Origin: an uncultured Candidatus Poseidoniales archaeon | GTDB lineage: Archaea > Thermoplasmatota > Poseidoniia > Poseidoniales > Poseidoniaceae | NCBI GenBank assembly: GCA_964013535.1 | Contig: CAXGWS010000001.1 | Span: 128,861 to 192,860 of the forward strand | DNA: 64,000 nt | Direction of reading: 5' to 3' | Shown here: piece after piece, positions 55,418-64,000 of the stretch | How positions within the stretch are numbered: position 1 is the first letter of the stretch | How the letters are laid out: every line of letters begins with the position of its first letter | Made by a program: the position numbers and the translations under genes | Notes under the pieces: model-generated | What the model saw: only the letters and a program-made list of their open reading frames with translations | Told to the model about the DNA's origin: nothing | The model's database searches: none

Positions 55418-56713
55418 ATGGTAGAGATTCTATGTCCTCATTGTGACGGCGAAATAGAGTTGGATGACGATGCGTCAGGTGAATTTGAATGTCCGCTTTG
55501 TGATGGCGAATTCGAATGGAACATGGATGATGAATCATATGAATCTGGAAATTACTCTGATGATGTAATAATTACAACTGATTTTAGAGAAATGCCTGCG
55601 GTTCCTAAAGTTGCTGGAATCGCATTCTGTGTGTGGATGGTACTGGTAATAGGCATGGGATTAATGGCAATGATTGGTGGAATTATGTTAAATTCTGCTG
55701 AATCTAGTTTGGGAACAGGAACCAGCTTTGGGGCCATTTTCATTATCATTTCTATTGTTATTCTCGGAATTGGCGGTGCCGGAATGGTGTTTGGAATCAA
55801 AGTAGCTAAAGATGAAGATTTCATGTCCCTAATTATCATTACGATTATTTCTGGAGTTCTGTTTTTATTCAATATCTTCGGATTTGAAGATGCTGCGGAC
55901 ATACCTATGCTCATAATAGCAGCAGGGTTTGTAATTGGCAATATGTGCTGTATATTCGTACCAATTCTCAAAGCACAATTTACTGGAGTTTTGATCTCCA
56001 AGGAAGGTCGCGCTCCACGGAAACCTATGGCCAATGAATTTGACAAAACCAAACCGATTCATCCGTTTGAATGGGTTGGACATGCACTTTCAATTGTTTC
56101 ACTGATTGTCATAATTATCTGCTTGACATCAAGTTCTCTTTATACGGTAACAATAACTGAGGAAATCTTTGAAGGAAGTGATTCTTCAATTGAGATAATC
56201 ATGGGAATGGGAGAACCAAACTTTGGAGTATTTTCGTTGTTCCTTGACACTGCTAGTTATGGTGAAATAGTTAGCCAAATGGAATCTGAATATGAATTAG
56301 ATTGCGTACAGGATAGTAGCTCATACTGTTCAGATTTAGAAGAAGAACTGGACTACTGGAAAGGCTGGAGAACGTCAACGCTCATTTTGAAGATAATTGT
56401 GATTGTTAGTCTTGTTGTTGCAATAGTTGGAATCATTTCGAGAATTGCCGCCCTATTAGCCAACTTTGGCGCAATAGAATTCCCAGACAAAGGCTACATT
56501 CTTAATGACAACATAAGAAAATTCTCTCCATTTATATCTTCAATATTGATGTTTATCGGTATTATTTTGTTCATGATAATGCAACCAGGAACTGGCCCAG
56601 ACGGTTTTTGGGGAAATGATGTAGATGGTAGTTTCGGATTCATAATCTGGTTGGTGTTAATCTATTCGATTATTGTGCCAATAGTGTCTAAATTTGAAGT
56701 CGACTTTTCGTAA
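55418..56713 (+). CDS. Polytopic membrane protein with N-terminal zinc ribbon (hypothetical)
   Basis: 'CPHCDGEIEL...CPLCDGEF' followed by eight or more TM helices. ATG 55418 preferred over TTG 55406. Confidence 0.5.
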   Translation: MVEILCPHCDGEIELDDDASGEFECPLCDGEFEWNMDDESYESGNYSDDVIITTDFREMPAVPKVAGIAFCVWMVLVIGMGLMAMIGGIMLNSAESSLGTGTSFGAIFIIISIVILGIGGAGMVFGIKVAKDEDFMSLIIITIISGVLFLFNIFGFEDAADIPMLIIAAGFVIGNMCCIFVPILKAQFTGVLISKEGRAPRKPMANEFDKTKPIHPFEWVGHALSIVSLIVIIICLTSSSLYTVTITEEIFEGSDSSIEIIMGMGEPNFGVFSLFLDTASYGEIVSQMESEYELDCVQDSSSYCSDLEEELDYWKGWRTSTLILKIIVIVSLVVAIVGIISRIAALLANFGAIEFPDKGYILNDNIRKFSPFISSILMFIGIILFMIMQPGTGPDGFWGNDVDGSFGFIIWLVLIYSIIVPIVSKFEVDFS

Positions 56714-56718
56714 GTCGA

Positions 56719-56794
56719 TGGTAGCCCGAGTCGGATTTGAACCGACGTCGGCGGGACCAAAACCCACCATGATGGACCCCTACACTATCGGGCT
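56719..56794 (-). tRNA. tRNA-Gln (anticodon UUG), CCA encoded
   Basis: Hand-folded. Acceptor AGCCCGA/UCGGGCU (A1:U72), anticodon stem GUGGG/CCCGC with loop UUUUGGU (UUG at positions 34-36), T arm GUCGG-UUCAAAU-CCGAC, discriminator A, genomic CCA. Confidence 0.85.
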
Positions 56795-56815
56795 GGGTAG
56801 TTAGCGGGACACGCA

Positions 56816-56825
56816 CTAGTTTTTG
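56816..56825 (-). promoter_or_regulatory. TATA-box-like element (CAAAAACTAG on minus strand) upstream of tRNA-Gln
   Basis: Centred about 27 nt upstream of the tRNA 5' end at 56794. Confidence 0.3.
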
Positions 56826-56840
56826 TCCTTGTCGGAAGAA

Positions 56841-57314
56841 TCACTCTAAAATTTCCAACAAGTCGGCATCTGAAATTTTGGCTTTGGCACTAACAAGAAA
56901 CTCTGACAAGTCCAAGCCCTGTTCGTTTTGATAGAGTATTGCCTGCAGTCCCATGTCAAGTTTGTCTATCTGTTTTACAAATTTGGCTTCTTTGCTTTCT
57001 CCAATCTCATACTCTTCGAACCATCCAAGCCATTCAGGAGCTAACTGTTTCATTGCATCATGTTCCAGTTTAGCTTTGTTAGTTGTATCATCATGCGGTG
57101 TTAAATCACCAACTATAATCTCTGGTAAATCATGAACCAAACACATCGAGAGTACTTTCATCAAATCCAATTCTTCGGGTGCAAGACGCAGGGCTAAAAT
57201 CGCCATACCCCAAGAATGGGCGGCTACTGATTCTGGATTCTCAACATTTGATCTTACCCATCCAGTACGCGGAAGTTGTTTCAAGGCAAGATAGTCTAAT
57301 AATCGGTCTCGCAT
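56841..57314 (-). CDS. HD-domain phosphohydrolase (YfbR-like 5'-nucleotidase family)
   Basis: 'LPRTGW', 'ESVAAHSW', 'CLVHDLPEIIVGDLTPHD'. ATG 57314 chosen; the longer track ORF overlaps the divergent alkA-like gene. Confidence 0.8.
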   Translation of the reverse strand: MRDRLLDYLALKQLPRTGWVRSNVENPESVAAHSWGMAILALRLAPEELDLMKVLSMCLVHDLPEIIVGDLTPHDDTTNKAKLEHDAMKQLAPEWLGWFEEYEIGESKEAKFVKQIDKLDMGLQAILYQNEQGLDLSEFLVSAKAKISDADLLEILE

Positions 57315-57364
57315 GGTTGTGGGTACATGCAAGAGGTCAAAACCTAAACGGAGTTTTGCTTGAC

Positions 57365-57976
57365 ATGGAGAAAGGAAAACCACGATGGTGGGATGACGCT
57401 GTGGAATTCCTAAAACAGGATGATTTACTGGCTGAGGTGGTAAAAAAATATCCGGATGGTTCACTTGAAGGCAAGGGCGAGTTGTTTGAAACCACGATAC
57501 GTTCCATAGTAGGACAACAAATTTCGGTTATTGCATCTGACGCCATATGGGGCAGATTAGTTGCCATGCTTGGAAAACCTACACCCGAAAATGTGCTTAA
57601 ATTTACTGAAGAAGAACTGGCTTCTTGTGGATTAACTAGGCCGAAAGCCAGTTACATCTACGGACTTGCAAGAGATTCAGAAACACTGCTCAATCAAGAC
57701 TGGAGTAATATGACAGACGAGGCTATCAAACAACATCTTGTCAAATTTCGCGGGATTGGCCCTTGGACTGCTGAGATGATGTTGATGTTCTCTTTTATGC
57801 GTCCCGATATATTCAGTATTGGCGACATTGGCTTAGTCAAAGCAGTGAAAATACTAGTCCCAGAGGTCGAGTCAAAAGATTCTATAGAAAAAATTGCAGA
57901 GCGCTGGTCACCGTACAGAACTGCTGCATCTTGGTATCTCTGGCGGATGATTGACCCCGTTCCAGTTGGTTATTGA
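57365..57976 (+). CDS. alkA: DNA-3-methyladenine glycosylase II-like (HhH-GPD family)
   Basis: 'IRSIVGQQISVIASDAIWGRL', HhH 'FRGIGPWTAEMMLMF', 'FSIGDIGL' catalytic Asp context. ATG 57365. Confidence 0.8.
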   Translation: MEKGKPRWWDDAVEFLKQDDLLAEVVKKYPDGSLEGKGELFETTIRSIVGQQISVIASDAIWGRLVAMLGKPTPENVLKFTEEELASCGLTRPKASYIYGLARDSETLLNQDWSNMTDEAIKQHLVKFRGIGPWTAEMMLMFSFMRPDIFSIGDIGLVKAVKILVPEVESKDSIEKIAERWSPYRTAASWYLWRMIDPVPVGY

Positions 57977-58626
57977 CATAAAGACGGTTTGTCCGATTCA
58001 TATTTAGGTGCATTAATTCCGTACTCGAAGCTGTTCTTGGCAGTTGAAGTTTTTAGTAAAAGAGAACATGAGTTTTCGGCTAATTCTTGCTCTTCGTCGT
58101 CAATCGTAACCGAATTCCAAATCCACCACATAGCCTGCTCATCATCGGTAAAAGAGATTTCAACCGTTTGAACAATTATTGTGGTGTAAGATTGTTGATT
58201 TTCAATGACCTGAACTGTCGAAAACATTGTCAAAATATCTCCATCAATTGACCATGTTGAACCAGGGTAGATTTCGTTTGAAAAGTCACCGTTGGATTCA
58301 AACTCCAACTCTTGACCATCTGACTTTAACCAAGTTCCCTCAATTGGTTCTGTCGATTGAGGTATCATGAAGATGATAACAACAGCAGAGACTAACAAGG
58401 CACCGACTGCAATTGCGTACATGATATTCTTCTGTTTAACAAAATCAACGACTTGTTTTGATAATGGATGTCCAGTAATTTCACCCAGCTTGTCGGAGAA
58501 AGTTGAGGTTGGAGTTTGGGTGGGGTAATATGCTTGAAATTGAGTAGCAGATGTAGGGTGGGAAGTACCATCCGGTGAAACGTTTGGGTTTGCATTGCCA
58601 GCCCCACCATCCGTTCCCATGCTCAT
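57970..58626 (-). CDS. Type-II single-pass membrane protein (hypothetical)
   Basis: ATG 58626; low-complexity N-terminus, TM helix 'IMYAIAVGALLVSAVVIIFMI', and a beta-rich ectodomain of about 130 aa. Confidence 0.45.
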   Translation of the reverse strand: MSMGTDGGAGNANPNVSPDGTSHPTSATQFQAYYPTQTPTSTFSDKLGEITGHPLSKQVVDFVKQKNIMYAIAVGALLVSAVVIIFMIPQSTEPIEGTWLKSDGQELEFESNGDFSNEIYPGSTWSIDGDILTMFSTVQVIENQQSYTTIIVQTVEISFTDDEQAMWWIWNSVTIDDEEQELAENSCSLLLKTSTAKNSFEYGINAPKYESDKPSLCQ

Positions 58627-58645
58627 AATTCTCACTCTACAATGT

Positions 58646-58936
58646 TTAAAGTTGCCTAAAAATATCAATCTGATTTTGCGAACGAACAGTTTCAGACAGC
58701 GGACATCTTTTACAAGCTGATTTATTTCGCCTTTTGTATTTTTCACAGCACTCTGATTTTACTTTTTTCTTGGATTTTTTTTGCTTTTTCCTTTGATATT
58801 CAAGATAATCCGAATTTTCTACAAGGTTGACTATTGATAAGTTCATTGACTCTGGATTAAGATCGCTATCACTGCAAGCAGGACATGTTGCCCATCTCGT
58901 TTCAATGTGGCTGTCACAAATATCACAACCTTCCAT
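58646..58936 (-). CDS. Small zinc-ribbon protein with Lys/Cys-rich tail (hypothetical)
   Basis: 'CDICDS...CPACS' ribbon, then 'RKKQKKSKKKVKSECCEKYKRRNKSACKRCP'. ATG 58936 (track start is GTG). Confidence 0.4.
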   Translation of the reverse strand: MEGCDICDSHIETRWATCPACSDSDLNPESMNLSIVNLVENSDYLEYQRKKQKKSKKKVKSECCEKYKRRNKSACKRCPLSETVRSQNQIDIFRQL

Positions 58937-59029
58937 CGACTTGCTACGAATTAGGGACACCTAAGAATATTTCGGGCCCCCTAAGGATAATTACTAAATG
59001 TAGCAGGTTTGTGGAAACATTCGTCGCCT

Positions 59030-60663
<1,634 letters not shown>

Positions 60664-60667
<4 letters not shown>

Positions 60668-61134
60668 GTTCGATAAAAAACATTCTAGATATGGATTTAA
60701 GAAAAATCCTCAACCCGAAATTTTGGCTATTAGTAGTATTGATTTCGCACACCATAGTTGGGACATTGGTGCCCCTACTAACCACAGATTTTGATAGTGT
60801 TGAGTTCCAAGCAGCCTCCTATGGATTAGTTATTTCCGTAGTTCTTGCCAGCATATATTTTATGACTGAAGGACAAACACAAGCACGTCTTACTGCAACG
60901 ATTGCTGGTGCAACACTGGTTTGGATTCTAGTTACACTCGTTGCAAACCCAGCGAATAATTTTGATCTTAGTGTCAATTTTGAGCCACCTTTTCTCTATA
61001 AGTTCTCATTCGATATCGAACTTGCACCACCAATAATCGTTTGGGCAATGCTAACATTAAGCGGTATTACATATTGGAATTGTGAAACAAAATCAGCGGT
61101 CAAAGAAGCAAACCTTGACGACAATGCGAACTGA
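60664..61134 (+). CDS. Membrane protein, about 4 TM helices (hypothetical)
   Basis: ATGA overlap with the stop of the TSP3 gene; four hydrophobic segments. Confidence 0.5.
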
Positions 61135-61197
61135 TTGACGCAAAAATAACCTAATGTAGACAAATCATTTAACATATAATCGATAGGTAGGACTACC

Positions 61198-62058
61198 ATG
61201 GCTTCGGAGCGAGTCGATTCTATGACTGACAAGCTTAATTTGACAAAGCAGCGTTTGAGTGAGTTATCCCAAAAGGTTGCTAAGAGTACCAAGACAATGA
61301 TTTCTAACACTAACGAATCAATAAAAACGAGTGTTGCCAAACATAAAGAAAAGCGCAATCAAAAAGCACAAGAGAAAATTTCCAACGCTAAGCAAGAAAT
61401 TGGTCAAGATGGTTTAATGGATGATGTTCCACCAATGGTGACACTTCCAGAATTTGAAGATGAGAAAATGGAGATTGTTGCAGAACAGAATGAGACCATG
61501 ATTTCTATTGTTGAAGAAATGCAAAGGTTATCTGAGCGACTTGATTCTGTTGAACGCAGGGTAAGAAATGTTAGCACAACAGAAAGCAAGAAAGTAAAAT
61601 CGCCGGTTAAAAATGATAACCCAACCCCAGAAAAAATCGAACCATCTCCGGTGATGAGAGAGGTAATCCATCTGTTAGGCGCAAGCCTAGTTTGGATTGT
61701 GGTTTTGTTTGGAATTGACAAGTTTCTATCAGATAATGCGATACTTATCGTAGATAGTTACCCAGCAGAAATACCAATATGGGGCATCGGTGCATTGACT
61801 TGGTCATACTACCTTCTACAACGACTTGGAAAGTCCTCAAAAGCGCTACAGTTACCAAAACTACTCATGTTCCAAACCTCAATTGCTGTTGGAATTACTA
61901 CTACTTTTGGACTAATGGTTAATGATGAAACAATGACTACAGTTTCGAATGTATGGATTTGGGGCACAGTCATTGCGGTTGGTTTGTTATTCGCATCAAG
62001 TATGATCGCTTCAGCATGGACATCAACCAAGAAATTAGTTGGATTAAAAAGCGATTAA
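61198..62058 (+). CDS. Coiled-coil N-terminus plus about 4-TM C-terminus membrane protein (hypothetical)
   Basis: Charged, heptad-like N-terminal 150 aa followed by hydrophobic helices; ATG start. Confidence 0.5.
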   Translation: MASERVDSMTDKLNLTKQRLSELSQKVAKSTKTMISNTNESIKTSVAKHKEKRNQKAQEKISNAKQEIGQDGLMDDVPPMVTLPEFEDEKMEIVAEQNETMISIVEEMQRLSERLDSVERRVRNVSTTESKKVKSPVKNDNPTPEKIEPSPVMREVIHLLGASLVWIVVLFGIDKFLSDNAILIVDSYPAEIPIWGIGALTWSYYLLQRLGKSSKALQLPKLLMFQTSIAVGITTTFGLMVNDETMTTVSNVWIWGTVIAVGLLFASSMIASAWTSTKKLVGLKSD

Positions 62059-63252
62059 TTAGTTATCAATCGATTCAGGGTTTTTCGCCAAGTCCTTGGC
62101 AATGTTTTTCTGGTGCGACTCGACTGTTCCGCCGCCAATTTCCAGTAGTTTCGAATCTCTCCACAACCGTTCAACGTGGTATTCACCGACATAACCGTAG
62201 CCACCCAAAACTTGTATCGCCGAGTCAGCAATTTCCTTAGCGGCTGTTGCAGCAAACAATTTGACTCCATCGGAATCTAACCTGTGACCTGCTTTTCCAA
62301 GCGTCATGTTAGCCGCAGTATCATAGATGTAAGAACGCATTGCTCGGTACTTGGCCCAAGAGTTACCAATATGTTGCTGGATTTGTCCGAAGTCTCTAAT
62401 CTGGTGACCGAATGCGGTTCTGTCTGTAGCATATTGATTCATTTCTGCTAAACATCTTCGCGCAATGCCAAGAGACATTGCTCCAAGCGTCAATCTCTCG
62501 ACTTCGAGATTACACATCATGTGAATTAGCGATTCACCAGGTGCACCTACTAAATTTTCAGCAGGCAAAATACAGTCATCAAATACTAATTCCGCAGTAT
62601 TAGATGCTCGCATTCCGGTTTTGTCGTAGATTTTCTGCCCGACTGAATAACCCGGCATCCCAGCTTCTACTAGGAAGGTAGACAATTGTACTCTGCCTTT
62701 CTCATCGGTTCCAGTTCGAGCATAAACCCATACCACATCTGCTGGCGTTCCGGTTTCATCCAAACAGCCATTGGTAATCCACATCTTGCGTCCGTTTAAT
62801 TTCCAAGTTCCATCTGCTTGCTGTTCAGCATTAGTTGACAGACCTAGAACATCTGTTCCAGCATCAGGCTCTGACATTGCCATTGCGCCAATCCATTCGC
62901 CCGAGCATACTTTCGGCAAAATTCTGGCCTTCTGTTCTTCGTTGCCGTTGTATGCTAAATTATTAACAAACAGCATTGCGTGTGCAAGGTAAGCAAGGGC
63001 AAAACCCGGGTCTGAGGCAGATAACTCTTCGTGAACAATCGCACAAGCAGTGGCGTCTAGACCTGCTCCACCGTATTCCTCAGGCGCACTGATTCCCAAT
63101 AAACCAAGTTCGCCCATCGATTTTAGTAACTCTAAATTGAATAATTCTTTTTTGTCATGTTCGAATGCCTGGGGTTCAACATATTCCTCTACCCAGTCTC
63201 TAATCATCGAGCGGAGCATTGCATGTTCTTCAGTAGGGTTTGCTATGTCCAT
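62059..63252 (-). CDS. Acyl-CoA dehydrogenase
   Basis: 'MSEPDAGTD', 'WITNG', 'GGYGYVGEYHVERLWRDSKLLEIGGGT'. ATG 63252 (track start is GTG). Confidence 0.92.
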   Translation of the reverse strand: MDIANPTEEHAMLRSMIRDWVEEYVEPQAFEHDKKELFNLELLKSMGELGLLGISAPEEYGGAGLDATACAIVHEELSASDPGFALAYLAHAMLFVNNLAYNGNEEQKARILPKVCSGEWIGAMAMSEPDAGTDVLGLSTNAEQQADGTWKLNGRKMWITNGCLDETGTPADVVWVYARTGTDEKGRVQLSTFLVEAGMPGYSVGQKIYDKTGMRASNTAELVFDDCILPAENLVGAPGESLIHMMCNLEVERLTLGAMSLGIARRCLAEMNQYATDRTAFGHQIRDFGQIQQHIGNSWAKYRAMRSYIYDTAANMTLGKAGHRLDSDGVKLFAATAAKEIADSAIQVLGGYGYVGEYHVERLWRDSKLLEIGGGTVESHQKNIAKDLAKNPESIDN

Positions 63253-63303
63253 TACTACCACTTATTGACCCGAAAAGGTCTCCCTTTTTGACAATTTGTA
63301 GAA

Positions 63304-63822
63304 TTATCTGCCAAACAACCTGCGCTTCTTCTTAATTTTCCCACGTCTGTTATTTGAATCTCGGGCTGAGCGATTTTGTTCATCCTCCATACCTAAAGCG
63401 GGTCTATTTCTAGTGGCTTTTGGAGCACCCATCCTACGCAAATTGGGTGGCGGACCCCTAATATTTCGCTTGACTCTTCTAATTCTCAGTGATTGAGAAT
63501 CGTTTTGTTTCCTCGATAATTTACGCGCACGTTGCCCTACATGTCTTAAATGGCCATTGGATATTTTTGGTTCAGCGACCTCATTGTTTTGAGTGATACC
63601 TGCTTGTTCTAGTACTTGTTTGGCTAGTGATTTCGCAGAACGATTAGTTATCACTTCATCGACTATTCGTGAAGCGAGATTAGCAAAAGATTCGTCATCA
63701 TCGACGATCGGTTTAGCTTTCACCTCCAATGTCAATTGTTCCTTAATTGGTTGACCGTCTGAAACTTCTTTCAGCACAATATCAGCAAAATTATCACTTA
63801 ATGTCTCTTGCTCACGCTCCAT
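63304..63822 (-). CDS. Hypothetical protein with acidic N-terminal half and Arg/Lys-rich C-terminal half
   Basis: ATG 63822; C-terminal 'RARKLSRKQ..LRIRRVKRNIRGPPPNLRR...RRGKIKKKRRLFGR'; no family recognised. Confidence 0.4.
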   Translation of the reverse strand: MEREQETLSDNFADIVLKEVSDGQPIKEQLTLEVKAKPIVDDDESFANLASRIVDEVITNRSAKSLAKQVLEQAGITQNNEVAEPKISNGHLRHVGQRARKLSRKQNDSQSLRIRRVKRNIRGPPPNLRRMGAPKATRNRPALGMEDEQNRSARDSNNRRGKIKKKRRLFGR

Positions 63823-64000
63823 AAAGTGCACCCCATCAATGCAAAATTAATTCATTATGGTATAAACATAACCTATGGTAATTGCCGTAAAGTAGGGTTT
63901 GTTAACCCCGCAAATTTGACCGATTCTCAAATTGGTGTCCAAATTCCCATTGCTCTTGCAACACACCATCCAGAGCGTCCTTCATAGATTCCCAAAGCGC

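Noticed and set aside
63902-64000. Open minus-strand frame running off the window end (...ALWESMKDALDGVLQEQWEFGHQFENRSNLRG*)
   Set aside because: Only 32 codons are visible and no family is recognisable. This is too little evidence to call a CDS.

Overview
The window is a densely packed archaeal chromosomal segment with about 64 protein genes, one tRNA and almost no non-coding DNA. Most intergenic gaps are under 150 bp, and several convergent gene pairs overlap at their 3' ends.

There are no rRNA genes, CRISPR arrays, transposases or integrases.

**Informational core**
- RFC large subunit, GlyRS, a very long Lhr helicase, TiaS, PurB and Dph6.
- The proteasome-exosome superoperon: psmA, SBDS, rrp4, rrp41, rrp42, eL43, Pcc1, PfdB and a DHH phosphoesterase.
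- A str operon, uS12-uS7-[tandem GGCT]-aEF2.
- aIF5A, KptA, TrmY, CoaBC and tRNA-Gln(UUG).

**Isoprenoid and lipid genes, scattered through the window**
- Geranylgeranyl reductase, a UbiD-family decarboxylase, a type-1 IDI fused to a GGPP synthase, isopentenyl phosphate kinase and a thiolase with a DUF35 partner.

**Heterotrophy and transport genes**
- OPT, UMF1-type MFS and EamA transporters, acyl-CoA dehydrogenase, 3-hydroxybutyryl-CoA dehydrogenase and an SDR.

**Surface proteins**
- A 1207-aa adhesin (C-type lectin, LamG, PPC, EF-hand and TSP3 domains) lies back-to-back with an archaeosortase.
- A second, extremely Asp-rich TSP3 protein is also present.

The gene content suggests a planktonic heterotrophic euryarchaeote of the Marine Group II (Poseidoniales) type. 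This is inference only.

Many ORF-track starts are TTG or GTG extensions. I trimmed them to conserved ATG starts where an SD-like GGTGA, GAGGTG or AGGAGG motif or a family-typical N-terminus supported the change.

**Most noteworthy candidates**
1. A MamK/MreB-like actin flanked by uncharacterised zinc-ribbon proteins.
2. An ArtA-like archaeosortase abutting an adhesin that lacks any PGF-CTERM signal.
3. An archaeal 'long' Lhr with duplicated C-terminal winged-helix modules that resemble YcaQ/AlkZ.
4. The IDI1-GGPPS fusion.
5. A UbiD-TPR-Nudix operon.
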